A stretch of DNA of 64,000 bases from an uncultured Chloroflexia bacterium (GTDB lineage Bacteria; Chloroflexota; Chloroflexia; QHBQ01; JADMIH01): the NCBI GenBank assembly GCA_963797095.1, contig CAWCNY010000006.1, positions 512,001 through 576,000 on the forward strand. The letters are read 5' to 3'. Positions within the stretch are counted from its first letter, which is position 1. Each line of letters begins with the position of its first letter. Positions 1 to 9,737 of this stretch are shown in pieces. A program made the position numbers and the translations under genes. The notes under the pieces are model-generated. The model was given only the letters and a program-made list of their open reading frames with translations. It had not been told where the DNA came from and ran no database searches.

Positions 1-92
1 TGGGCCGCGCCAATGGCGCGTGCCATATCTTCTTGCATATTGCCTGTAGTCGTCTCGGTTTCGACGGTACTGGTTCTAGCGCTTTTGCTCAT
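1..92 (-). CDS. 5' portion of a gene running off the window edge (MSKSARTSTVETETTTGNMQEDMARAIGAA...), product unknown
   Basis: ATG at 92-90 with GGAG about 8 nt upstream; open to position 1. Confidence 0.55.
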   Translation of the reverse strand, partial: MSKSARTSTVETETTTGNMQEDMARAIGAA

Positions 93-252
93 TGATCAAA
101 CTCCCGCGGGGCCTTGCCCCCGTGTTGTATACAGCGATATACGGTAGCTCCCAGCTACTCTACATCTCCAAATATACAAAAGTGCACATACTGAGGCAAT
201 AGTTTTCGCCAAATTGTGGGACTAAGGTACTGTTTTTTGTGCCTGGTTCACG

Positions 253-281
253 TTGTACGACTGCAGATACACGGTTATAAT
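253..281 (+). promoter_or_regulatory. Putative sigma-70 promoter for the downstream GT-C gene
   Basis: TTGTAC-17 bp-TATAAT. Confidence 0.45.
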
Positions 282-328
282 CGTATGCGGTAGCAGACGC
301 CGAAGTTGTACCCTTATCGGTTCGTGTC

Positions 329-1990
329 ATGCGCCTGTGGAGGTTGGGATGCACAAGAGGAGAGCCTGCAGGAACGAGGAATTTGTTGGTTAGCGCTCTT
401 GCAGGCCAGGTGAAATCGCCGGCGAACAACGGGCTGCGAAGCGCGATTCTGCTGGCGACCGTGGTCGCTTGCGGTTTCTTAATCCCTCGCGTGATATTAT
501 TCGGGCAGGTGACGGTCGCCTTTGTTGCATGGCCCTGGCAGTTTGATTACACGGAGGGCGTTAACCTGAATGCCACCGTCCAACTCTCACAGGGCCACAA
601 TATCTATATGCACAACGGCCCCAACTCCTTTATCTCCGCCCCATATCCCCCTCTATTCTACCTGCTGGATGCGCCTTTCAATCGCTTATTTGGCCCTTCA
701 TTTACCCTGGGCCGCATCATCTCGCTCGCTGCTACGCTCCTGGTAGCCGCACTCCTTGTGTACGCCGTCCAGTGGGTCACTCGCCGCTGGCTGCCCGGCA
801 TACTTGCCGCTATGCTGTGGCTTTCCCTGACGCCCGTGATCATCTGGGCCGCGCTCTACACGCAGCACATCCTCGCCTTGATGTTCGGCTTCGCGGGCCT
901 TGTTGTAGCGATGCGCTTTCCTGAGGGGCGGCGCTCATATCTGGCCGCTCTCCTCTTTACTCTCGCTTTCTATACCAAGCAATCGGCCTTCGATGCCGCA
1001 GGTGTCACAACCTTCTGGCTCTTTGTGCTCAACAAGCGCAACGGTATTCGATTTGGCCTGATTCTCGCGGCGATGGTGGGCGTGCCTTTCCTGGTAGGCA
1101 ATCTCATCGTCCACGGGGGTCTCTGGGAGCACCTGTTCAGCAACCAGGCGCTCGCCTGGGGTTGGCCTCGCTTCTGGCGGTTGCTTGGCCGCCTGCTGAA
1201 CGACGAATGGCCCCTCTTAGCGTGGGCTTTAGCATGCAGCCTGTTCACCCTGCTGGCCTGGTTGCTTGGCCTGGTCAGGAAACGTCCCCTGGTCTCTTTT
1301 AGCCGGTACTGGTCACTGGCCGTCGTCTATTTCTGCGTCGCGCTTTTATCAGTGCTGGCCCGCCTCGGTCGCGACGGCGTGAACTACAACCACTTCATAG
1401 ACGCCCTCTTGCCGGTCTGCCTCCTGGTTGGCCTCTCACTGGGGTATCTCATGGCACGAATAGAGGCGCGCAGCGAGCAAGAAACCACTGAAGAAGGTGC
1501 CGGTAAATCGAGCGCCACAACCCCACCGCAAGGTCGCGGCAGGTTTGCGGGAGCTTTGGCCGCGTTGGCACTCCTGCTGGCGGTAGTAGTCGTCCAGGTC
1601 TTCGTAATGCTTAGCCCCTACACGATGTATAACGGGCCATGGCCCGGCCCGGCCATTGAAGGACAAATGCTGGCGATCTCCAACCTGATCGTAAACAAGC
1701 CAGGGGAACTCTACTCGGAGGATGTATACCTTGCGCTTGCCAATGGGAAGCGCGTTCTGTACGATGACGCTTTCATGTTCGTGAACCTGGCTGCCCAGGG
1801 CAAATGGGACGACAGCGTCTACAACCGGATGCTACACGAGCGTCAGTTCTCCCTCATCCTCCTTGAGCCTGGCCCGGGCCGCTTCACCAAAACGGGCCGC
1901 CAGCTATTCAACGACAACTACGAGCTTCTGTACGGCGACATACGCAATAGCTATGTCCCTCTGACAGCACCGGACGGCTCAAACCCATAA
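329..1990 (+). CDS. Polytopic membrane glycosyltransferase, GT-C fold (ArnT/PMT-like); true start may be a TTG near 383-386
   Basis: DYTEG acidic motif after the first TM, YPPLFY, GRIIS, TKQS motifs; many hydrophobic helices. Confidence 0.75.
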   Translation: MRLWRLGCTRGEPAGTRNLLVSALAGQVKSPANNGLRSAILLATVVACGFLIPRVILFGQVTVAFVAWPWQFDYTEGVNLNATVQLSQGHNIYMHNGPNSFISAPYPPLFYLLDAPFNRLFGPSFTLGRIISLAATLLVAALLVYAVQWVTRRWLPGILAAMLWLSLTPVIIWAALYTQHILALMFGFAGLVVAMRFPEGRRSYLAALLFTLAFYTKQSAFDAAGVTTFWLFVLNKRNGIRFGLILAAMVGVPFLVGNLIVHGGLWEHLFSNQALAWGWPRFWRLLGRLLNDEWPLLAWALACSLFTLLAWLLGLVRKRPLVSFSRYWSLAVVYFCVALLSVLARLGRDGVNYNHFIDALLPVCLLVGLSLGYLMARIEARSEQETTEEGAGKSSATTPPQGRGRFAGALAALALLLAVVVVQVFVMLSPYTMYNGPWPGPAIEGQMLAISNLIVNKPGELYSEDVYLALANGKRVLYDDAFMFVNLAAQGKWDDSVYNRMLHERQFSLILLEPGPGRFTKTGRQLFNDNYELLYGDIRNSYVPLTAPDGSNP

Positions 1991-1997
1991 AACGAGA

Positions 1998-2076
1998 CTG
2001 GGGGCGTGAGAAGCAGAAGGGTCAAGTATGCGGGGCTGCTCCGCGTGCCTGACCATTCTGTTTCTCACGCCCCCAG
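1998..2076 (+). terminator. Long (~38 bp) imperfect hairpin between convergent genes
   Basis: CTGGGGGCGTGAGAAGCAGAAGGGTCA...TGACCATTCTGTTTCTCACGCCCCCAG. Confidence 0.6.
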
Positions 2077-2109
2077 GCTTCGGGTACCGCGTGATACGTG
2101 GGCTTCGTA

Positions 2110-2370
2110 TTACGCTACATTGTCGGTGGAAGTGGGCGTGGCCGGTTCGGTGTAGCCATCAGCGGCGAAGAGGGGTAACTGGCGAGTGAGTGACTTACGC
2201 CCCGACGGTTCGCGGAAGCGCAGCAGGTCGGTCTTGCGGACCAGCAGGCCGCGCTGGGCAGGCAGGCTCCAGGCCCGCAACTTCCCCTCGCGAATGGCAA
2301 GGCGTACATCCCCCTCCGTGATGCCCAGGTAAAGGGCTGCTTGCTTGGTTGTGTACATCTCGTCAGTCAT
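2110..2370 (-). CDS. Excisionase-like helix-turn-helix DNA-binding protein (HTH_17 type)
   Basis: YTTKQAALYLGITEGDVRLAIREGKLRA..LLVRKTDL pattern; purine-rich RBS before ATG 2370. Confidence 0.75.
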   Translation of the reverse strand: MTDEMYTTKQAALYLGITEGDVRLAIREGKLRAWSLPAQRGLLVRKTDLLRFREPSGRKSLTRQLPLFAADGYTEPATPTSTDNVA

Positions 2371-2449
2371 TGCATTCCCCTTCTCACCCATTGCTGGTTC
2401 CTCGTTCTCCTCGATATAACTTAGGAACCAGGAACCGTCAACTCTTCCT

Positions 2450-3316
2450 CTAAGCTGCCTCGCCTTTCAGCATATCGATGAACTGCGATGCCTCGGCCTT
2501 GGTCAGTTCGTTGGGGCGAACCCCAAACACCTCGGCGCACCTGTCATCTACCTGCTGCTCAGAAAGCCTCTTGCTCGCCCTGCCGATGGCGTAGATCGCC
2601 TTCAACTGCTTTTCAGTGAGAGCGGACCCGGTGGGCGCTACCTCAAGAAGCCGGTCGAAGTCGTCTTCCTCGGCGGCGAGCCTCCCGCCTTCGATGCGGG
2701 TGAAGCGGCTGTTGCCGAAGCTGCCCGACTTGCCATTACCATTACCGTTGCCCTTGTTGATAAAGGCGCTGGCCCGATTGACCACGTTACGCGGTTCAGC
2801 GAGGTTGACAGGCGCATCCACCACCTGCGACGTGCCGGGGCGGGCGTTGTCCGCGAAGTCGAAGTCGCGGCAGAACTGCGTGCCATATCCGAGGGCCGCC
2901 AGGGCGCGCCCCATTGCCTTCGTTTCGGCTGCTTCTATGTAGTCGTGGAAGTCGCGCACTGTTTCGGAGCCCCAGCCTGTGGCCTTGCCGCTGCCCGGAA
3001 CCTCGACCTCGGCGCGGAAGAGGGCGAATCCGCTCTCCTCATTGTGCTGCACGATCTCGGTCGTCATGCGGGCATCGGGGTGCTCGTGCCGGAGCCACAT
3101 CACTCGCCACTTCACTTCCAGGTAGTCGCGGCCATCGAAGTTGCTGAGGTACTGCGTGGGGTCGAACGCCCGGTTAGCCTTCGGGCGGCTGTCGTTGCCG
3201 CTTCTGGTGCCTGTCTGGGTGGTTTGAGGTGCGGTATCCGTTGACATCGCTTCGCCGTTATCCTCGTTCGTCTCTGCCGGAATGAAATCGTCTTGCAGTA
3301 ACTTTCTCGCGCTCAT
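2450..3316 (-). CDS. Rad52/Rad22/Sak-like single-strand annealing protein (putative)
   Basis: DYLEVKWRVMWLR...FRAEV...ATGWGSE...EAAETKAMGRALAALGYG core, plus C-terminal TEKQLKAI...LTKAEASQFIDML helical motif typical of SSAPs; GGAGG RBS. Confidence 0.65.
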   Translation of the reverse strand: MSARKLLQDDFIPAETNEDNGEAMSTDTAPQTTQTGTRSGNDSRPKANRAFDPTQYLSNFDGRDYLEVKWRVMWLRHEHPDARMTTEIVQHNEESGFALFRAEVEVPGSGKATGWGSETVRDFHDYIEAAETKAMGRALAALGYGTQFCRDFDFADNARPGTSQVVDAPVNLAEPRNVVNRASAFINKGNGNGNGKSGSFGNSRFTRIEGGRLAAEEDDFDRLLEVAPTGSALTEKQLKAIYAIGRASKRLSEQQVDDRCAEVFGVRPNELTKAEASQFIDMLKGEAA

Positions 3317-3425
3317 TATCTGTTGCCTCCTAAGCTCTATCTACTCAAATCAAGGCTAAATACGATTTTGTGGGTGATGTGAGGTTCTGCCTCAGCACAC
3401 TTTCCTCATCACTCCCTACCACCAA

Positions 3426-3454
3426 ATTATAGCAAATTTGTTCTAATATGTCAA
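3426..3454 (-). promoter_or_regulatory. Consensus sigma-70 promoter with a LexA-like box in the spacer
   Basis: Minus strand TTGACA-TATTAGAACAAATTTGC-TATAAT (17-bp spacer); AGAAC-AAAT-TTGCT at 3444-3431 resembles AGAAC-N4-GTTCT. Confidence 0.75.
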
Positions 3455-3559
3455 GAGATCAGGGCTATTTTGTTCTAGAATTGGTGGTAGTATCACATAG
3501 GCCCAGGGTCAGAGTATTAGCCAGAAGTTCCTATTGCTCGCCGGGGCTGTGGGGCGTAT

Positions 3560-4651
3560 ATGAATATTATGGATAACCCGTTTGTTTTCCTGGTGCTCAT
3601 ATTCATAGTGGGATTGGGCGGCCTTGCCGTCCACGCGCGGTTCTTCCGGCGTCCACCCACCGCCACCTCTCGCCCGACGTGGTTCCTCACTCCTGCCCAG
3701 TTGCCTTACAAGCGCACCCAATCGTTCCTTACCGGTGCAGAACTGGACTTCTACAAATACCTCGTTGGCGCGGTGGCGCAGGAGTGGCTGATATTCGCCA
3801 AGGTCAGGCTGGCCGACGTGGCGATCACGCCCAGGGGCATCCCCGACAGGATGCGTCACTTTAACCGCACCAGCCAGAAGCACCTCGATTTCCTGCTATG
3901 CACCCCTGATGAAGCCCTACCGGTGCTTGCCATCGAGCTGGATGACCGCTCGCATAGCCATCCCGACAGGCAGGCGAGCGACCGCGTAAAGGACTCCGTA
4001 CTCAAAGCTGCCGGAGTGCCCATTTTACGTGTGCCTGTGCAAAGCAGCTATTCAGCCCGGCAACTGGCAGCAGACATACGAATCAAGATAATGTTGCCCG
4101 GTGTGTCAGAGCTAGAAGCTTCAGATATGGCTCATGATGCCACACAGCACTTATCGGAGGCGAACCTGCCCGACAGCGCAATACAACCCACAAAGCCCGG
4201 GCTCTCCCGCATGTGGCTACGGGCAGGCGCGGGCATCCTTGGCCTGCTTATTATCCTCTTGCTGGTACACGGACTAACGAATTCGGAATCTCGCTATGGA
4301 TCGGTGGTCGAAGCCGCGAGTTCGGCGCAACCCCAGCAGGCTGCCGATGCCGGCGGAACGGGCCTGGTACTTCTCCCTGATACCTCTGCATCAGCCACGG
4401 CAGCCCCTGTTTCAACCGGTCAGCCGCCGGAGGCGACCATCGCTGCCGAAGCGTTGAATCTGCGTGCAGGCCCAGGCACCCAATACGACACTGAGGGTAC
4501 ATTCCAATCCGGCATGCGCCTCCAACTGCTGGGGAAAGACGCCACCGGAACGTGGGTGAAAGTGGGTACCCCAGATGGGCAGGAAGGTTGGATGGCTGTC
4601 AAATACCTTACCTTGAACGTGCCCCTGGACACCATTCCCCAGGTAAATTAG
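3560..4651 (+). CDS. DUF2726-domain protein fused via a TM segment to a C-terminal bacterial SH3 domain
   Basis: FAKVRLADV..HLDFLLC..AIELDDRSH..DRVKDSVLKAAGVPILRV; LNLRAGPGT..WVKV..GQEGWM. Confidence 0.75.
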   Translation: MNIMDNPFVFLVLIFIVGLGGLAVHARFFRRPPTATSRPTWFLTPAQLPYKRTQSFLTGAELDFYKYLVGAVAQEWLIFAKVRLADVAITPRGIPDRMRHFNRTSQKHLDFLLCTPDEALPVLAIELDDRSHSHPDRQASDRVKDSVLKAAGVPILRVPVQSSYSARQLAADIRIKIMLPGVSELEASDMAHDATQHLSEANLPDSAIQPTKPGLSRMWLRAGAGILGLLIILLLVHGLTNSESRYGSVVEAASSAQPQQAADAGGTGLVLLPDTSASATAAPVSTGQPPEATIAAEALNLRAGPGTQYDTEGTFQSGMRLQLLGKDATGTWVKVGTPDGQEGWMAVKYLTLNVPLDTIPQVN

Positions 4652-4855
4652 CCGAGAGCCAATCTCCGCCACCCGAAAGGGCACTCCTGCTCCCGATTTG
4701 TACAAGACACCTCATCGTCCGAAATGAGGGCGTGGGCCGGGCGTGTCCGCCTCCAATTAATCCCATCAAAAGGCCCGTTGAACACCCGTGTGCTTGCACC
4801 GGGATGCCCGGCGGTGATAGGATGAGATCGATCTTGGAATCGGAGGCGGACACCT

Positions 4856-5632
4856 ATGGCGGAGAGCACTATCCACAACAGCACGAAGGCCATCATGGTG
4901 TTCTGCGCATACATCGCCTTCGTGTTGGTCGGGCTGGCTTTCTACGGGATGGTCGATGACAGTCCCTTTGTACCGCTGATGAATAGCCACTTCGACCTTG
5001 AATTGGCCTGGCTGACGGTGGCCGGCGGGTCGGGGCTGGCGCTAGTAGCAATAGTAACGGGTGGTCTACCCATAGGGCTATCGATTCTCCGGCGCGGTTT
5101 GACCACCGCTCGCGCCGACCTCCTGTTGCTGGCCGTACCGGTGCTCGCGTTTGGCGTGGTCCTCGCCACGTTCGCGATCATATGGGCCATCACCAGAGGC
5201 GACACCACTGCATCAACGGGAGCACCTGACGTGCCTGTTACCGTCAGCGCCACGATGGCGTTTGTGTTTGCGATTGTGTTCGTTCTCTCAGCCATAGCAA
5301 GCGTGGTAGCTGTGAGCGTGGCTGCGGCCCGCGCAGAGGGTAGCGAGCAGACCTTCAGGGCACCGGGCATCACCATAACGGTGCAGCCGTTCAAATTTGC
5401 AGCCTTGCCCGCATTGGTGGCGACACTGGCGATGGCGCTTATGCTAGCCGGTACGGTTGCCTGGGGCCTGATCGCTCGCTCCAATAATGCGTCCGCCTTC
5501 GATACCGCCACAGCCTACCAGGGTCTCACCTATTCCGCTACCTGGCTGATCGTTGTTTCGATAATGGCCCTGTCTACGCTGGTAGCAGTCATTGCCGTCT
5601 TCAGGTGGTTCACTTTCAGGAATCGGGCCTAA
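4856..5632 (+). CDS. Hypothetical integral membrane protein (about 6 TM)
   Basis: GGAGG RBS; strongly hydrophobic 258-aa ORF. Confidence 0.65.
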   Translation: MAESTIHNSTKAIMVFCAYIAFVLVGLAFYGMVDDSPFVPLMNSHFDLELAWLTVAGGSGLALVAIVTGGLPIGLSILRRGLTTARADLLLLAVPVLAFGVVLATFAIIWAITRGDTTASTGAPDVPVTVSATMAFVFAIVFVLSAIASVVAVSVAAARAEGSEQTFRAPGITITVQPFKFAALPALVATLAMALMLAGTVAWGLIARSNNASAFDTATAYQGLTYSATWLIVVSIMALSTLVAVIAVFRWFTFRNRA

Positions 5633-7676
5633 GGCAGCGCGCCATAGCGTTCGAGATAATGTTGCAGGCCAAGCGGCCCTACCTCAATATGCTGAGTGCC
5701 ATCTCCAGCCGTGATAAGCTCAAGGCTGGATCGCTCGAAGAATTGCACAAGCCTATCCTGGCGCGTTACTACATTGAATTGAGTAAAAGGCTCACTCACA
5801 GGATAGCCCAACAATGCCACCTCCCCATGTTCGTGCCAGAAGGTGAGGAACGGTTCGGCAAGGTTGTGGCCCGTTTGGTCGAAGTAAGTATCGCCGGTGA
5901 TCGGCCCGGTTCGGTCGAAATATTTGTCGCCGGGCGTTGGATAGAACAGCCTCCAGTCGAGCGCGCCCAGGCGCACGCCCGTCGTGCCGTCGCCTGTCGT
6001 ATAGGTCTGGAAGTACGCGTTGCGGAAATACTGCACTGTGCGGCCCGCCTCGTTCAACTCGTCTGTAACCGCAGGCCCAAACCTGTCTAGCCCGCCGTTG
6101 GCCTGCCAGTATTGCAGAAAGATTCCATGAGCGCATTTGCCCGTGTCGTCAAAGCATTGCTCAGCCCCCTCCAGTCGCTCTGCGGGTTGGGGCGTTCGGA
6201 ACGGCGTGAATTGCGGCGGATTGCTTCCCACCGTTGGCACAGCGTAAGCCGTCGTATTGTCGGGATATGGCCCAGCGCTGAAAGCGTACAGATTGCCGTC
6301 CGTGGATGCCACGTACAGGATGCCCCCCGCTATAGTGGGCGCTGAATACAGGTAACCTCCCGTCGAATACTCCCACACCACCTGACCGTTTGCTGCATCC
6401 AGCACCTCGATTGTATCCTCGGCGGCGGCAAACACCAGCCCATTGGCGACGGCCAGCGCCGGGATCACCCACCCCGATGTGGGGTGCATCCACTTGATCG
6501 CGCCTGTAGTCGGGTCCAACGCCGTCACCGTTCCTGGGAACTTCTGCACCTGCCCGACCGAGAAATAGCCTGCCGCAGCGTACACCGTATCGTAAGCGTA
6601 GGCGCTCGACGACACCGACCATCCCCGCACTGCGGGCACGAGCCGCCATCCGCGATCTGCACAGACCATGCAGGTCCCGCGTGAATATTATCGGCACGGA
6701 AGGCGTAGTAGAATCCGTTCTTGGCGGCTGCCCCCACCATCAGGTGGCCGTCTTTGTCGTGGAAAAGTGTAGGCGTGGTGCCCCAGTCGCCGTCGAATAC
6801 CTGCACAGCTATCGGTATCTGCCAGGCGTCCACCACCTTGAGCGTGGCCGGGTCCAGGCGGGCGATGCTGTATGCATTCGGGATATAGTAATCGCCGGAG
6901 CCGGTAGTCACAAACCAGGCGCCCGAATCCTCGTCCACCGTCACCGAAGTCCAGGGACCGCCCCCCTTCTGATCATCCGGGATGAAGTGCACTTCCTTCT
7001 CGACCTGCCCCGTCGTAGCATCAAAGGCCCACATCCTCCCGTTGACGAACGGGTGGTCGCAGAAAGAAGCCACTCCGTAATAAACCATCCCATTGTAATA
7101 GTAGGGCGATCCCCAGTTATAAAGGCCCCCTGCCTCGCTGTTGTCCCCCGCCTTGAATGTCCACAGCGTATCGCCTGTGTTTGGATTCAGCGCATACAGC
7201 TTATCGTCGCCGCCCCCTATATACAATCCGTTGGCGGTCACGTGCGGTGCTGACGACACACCTGCCGTGTTGGGCGAGCAGAGCTTGGATGTCGTACGTC
7301 CCAGGTCTTTCTTCCACTCCAGCGTCCCATCCGCCGCATTGAGAGCGTACAAGAACCCGTCCCACGACCCGACGTAAAGCGTGCCGGAGAAGACGATTGG
7401 TTGGGCGGCCATGGGGCTGCCGTCGCCGATCTTCTGCTTCCAGAGCAGCTTGAGGTCCTTGGCGTTATCCGGGGAAAGGCGGGTTTCGGTGGGGTTGAAC
7501 CCGGCACGTGCCCCGTCGTACATAAATGCAGGCCAATCGCCGGGGGCTATATTGCTGTGCGCGGCCGGCTGGCTGCTGCCCGTGTTGAAAAAGAAGAACG
7601 CACCCACAACCAGCGCTATGAAAAGCACTGCCGCCAGCAAAGCCACAGCGAGATTTCGTCTGCCTATTAGCGTCAA
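5629..7676 (-). CDS. Secreted/anchored PQQ-like beta-propeller protein with C-terminal Chloroflexi-type YFxxTGH surface repeats; single frameshift near 6619
   Basis: ORFs 6525-7676 and 5629-6669 join as ...CPQCGDG/SVSSSAYAY if one base is added; LYALNAADGTLEW repeats; YFDQTGHNL..FLTFW..LGYPVSE..VQFFER. Confidence 0.75.
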
Positions 7677-7753
7677 TCCCTGCTAACCTTCTCTTATCTG
7701 ACAGAAGGCCGCCCACACTATGGACGGCCCTATCCAATAAACTGTCTATTTTG

Positions 7754-9376
7754 TCAGTCGAGATATCCCCGCAGCTTGCTCGCACCGTAGCGGGCGTAAC
7801 GAAGCTTACGCAGTATCCGAGTCTCGATCTGCCTGATGCGCTCACGCGTGATCCCGAACTCTTTGGCTACCTCTTCCAGGGTGCGTGGCCGGTCGTCAGT
7901 CAGTCCATACCTCATCTGGAGGATCTGACGCTCGCGGTCGGTCAGCTTGCGAAGGATGTCGTCCACCTGCTCTTTTAGCATCTGGCGCGAGGCTTCTTCT
8001 TCGGGGCCTCCGGTGCGCTCGTCCTCGATGAAATCACCCAGGAAGCTATCTTCCCCTTCTTCCATAGGTGCGTCGAGAGACGCGGGGTGCCGTGCCATGT
8101 CGAGGATTTTGCGCACGCGCTCGGCTGGCATGCCCAGCGCCTGCCCCAGTTCCTCCTCGGTCGGTTCGCGCAGTAACTGTTGTTGTAGCTCGTGCGCTGC
8201 CCTGCGCAACCGTGTAACCATCTCCGTCACATGCACAGGAAGCCGGATTGTGCGGCTCTGGTCCGAAATTGCGCGGGTGATGGCCTGCCGTATCCACCAC
8301 GTGGCATAAGTCGAGAACTTGAACCCCTTGTGGTGGTCGAACTTGTCTGCCGCTTTCATCAGGCCGATATTGCCTTCCTGGATCAGGTCCAGCAGCGACA
8401 GGCCGCGACCGATGTACCGCCGAGCTATGCTCACTACCAACCGCAGGTTCGCCTGCACCAGTTGTTGCTTGGCACGTTCACCGTCGGCAGATATGATCTC
8501 GCAGCGCCTCCGCTCCTCCGAGTATTCCTGCTCTGTGACAAGGTCATTTTCGCGCTTCGCCGGTAGCTGCTCCATCTCTTCGCGCGCTTTGCGCCCCTGG
8601 GCCATCTTTTCGGCCAGTGCGCTCTCATCCGGCGACTTCAGGAGGGCGGTGCGCCCGATCTCACGCAGGTAGATGCGCACCGGGTCGTCCACCGATACGC
8701 TGTCCATGCTGAGCACGCGGTCAATGAAGCGCTCAAGGTCCTCGGGGCGCTCGACCTCCACCACCTCTTCTTCGGTGGCCGCGCGGGCCAACTCGGCGGC
8801 ATCGGGCTCGTCTTCCTCGACATCATCGGTCGTTTCGACTTCAAGTGTCTCGGTCGATTCAACTTCCACTTCTAGGTCGGCATTGGCCTGCTCGGCAGGG
8901 ATGCTACGCCCGTTGCGCTTGGAGGATGCAGTTGTCCGCTCGATCTTACTGACGATCGTCTCTTCATCAGTGAGGCCGAGTGTGTCGTATGCCTCGTCGA
9001 TTACCTCTACAATACTGTCGCCTGAGCGCATGCCCCCCCTGTACCGGGTATCTCCAAGGTCGAAACGCTCGGCCATATCCAGGTCATCCACCGATGATAT
9101 ATCGCTACCGGAGGAATTGTTGACGTCGATGTCGGAGTTGTAGGATGACGCGTCGTCAAGAAGGATTAGAGGCTTGACTTCGCCTGACGAGCGTTTGCCG
9201 CGCGTAAAGGTGTGCTTGGAGCCATTGGGCGATCCATTGGCTTCCGCGCTGCCACCGGCACTATCAGCAGGTAATGCGCCGTTCATGAGCGGCTTGCTCG
9301 CGGCGTTCCTGGGAGTGCGTTGTTTCTCATTCTCTTCCGGTAGGTCGTCGTTGTGGCGGGTCGTCGATTTGGGCAT
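7754..9376 (-). CDS. RNA polymerase sigma-70 factor, RpoD/SigA family (probably a non-primary paralogue)
   Basis: DPVRIYLREIG (1.2), ANLRLVVSIA, DLIQEGNIGL, FSTYATWWIRQAI (2), TLEEVAKEFGITRERIRQIE (4.2). Confidence 0.9.
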   Translation of the reverse strand: MPKSTTRHNDDLPEENEKQRTPRNAASKPLMNGALPADSAGGSAEANGSPNGSKHTFTRGKRSSGEVKPLILLDDASSYNSDIDVNNSSGSDISSVDDLDMAERFDLGDTRYRGGMRSGDSIVEVIDEAYDTLGLTDEETIVSKIERTTASSKRNGRSIPAEQANADLEVEVESTETLEVETTDDVEEDEPDAAELARAATEEEVVEVERPEDLERFIDRVLSMDSVSVDDPVRIYLREIGRTALLKSPDESALAEKMAQGRKAREEMEQLPAKRENDLVTEQEYSEERRRCEIISADGERAKQQLVQANLRLVVSIARRYIGRGLSLLDLIQEGNIGLMKAADKFDHHKGFKFSTYATWWIRQAITRAISDQSRTIRLPVHVTEMVTRLRRAAHELQQQLLREPTEEELGQALGMPAERVRKILDMARHPASLDAPMEEGEDSFLGDFIEDERTGGPEEEASRQMLKEQVDDILRKLTDRERQILQMRYGLTDDRPRTLEEVAKEFGITRERIRQIETRILRKLRYARYGASKLRGYLD

Positions 9377-9392
9377 CTTCCTTGCTACCTCT

Positions 9393-9737
9393 TTACTCCA
9401 CCTCTATGTGCGTGCGAGCTTTATCCGGTGGTTGGCCCCTGGCGGCCTTATCTACGTTGCGCCATAGGCTGTAGACGGCGAGCATCGTTTCGCGTCCTGC
9501 GGCTTTGAAGTGGTGGACGGTCTCATCCGGCAGGACCGCGCCCAGAACCTGCGCCGGTAGACCTAACATGGCTTTGAGGGTGGTTTCCAACTCACCCGCC
9601 CAATCAATATAGTTTATGCCGCCTGAGGCACTATTATTGCTTGCGCTTGCTGCACCGCCAGTTTGCCCCGACATGTCGGCTTCAGCAGCAGGATCGCTTC
9701 CAGCCTCGGCGCGTATGTGCCGATCTCTTTGGTCCAT
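9393..9737 (-). CDS. Small hypothetical protein adjacent to arsA-like gene (DUF5304-like amphipathic helix)
   Basis: GGAGG RBS; LPDETVHHFKAAGRETMLAVYSL; ends RTHIEVE. Confidence 0.7.
   Translation of the reverse strand: MDQRDRHIRAEAGSDPAAEADMSGQTGGAASASNNSASGGINYIDWAGELETTLKAMLGLPAQVLGAVLPDETVHHFKAAGRETMLAVYSLWRNVDKAARGQPPDKARTHIEVE

Noticed and set aside
2110-3316. Prophage remnant (excisionase plus recombinase)
   Set aside because: No integrase, structural genes, att-like repeats or compositional shift nearby
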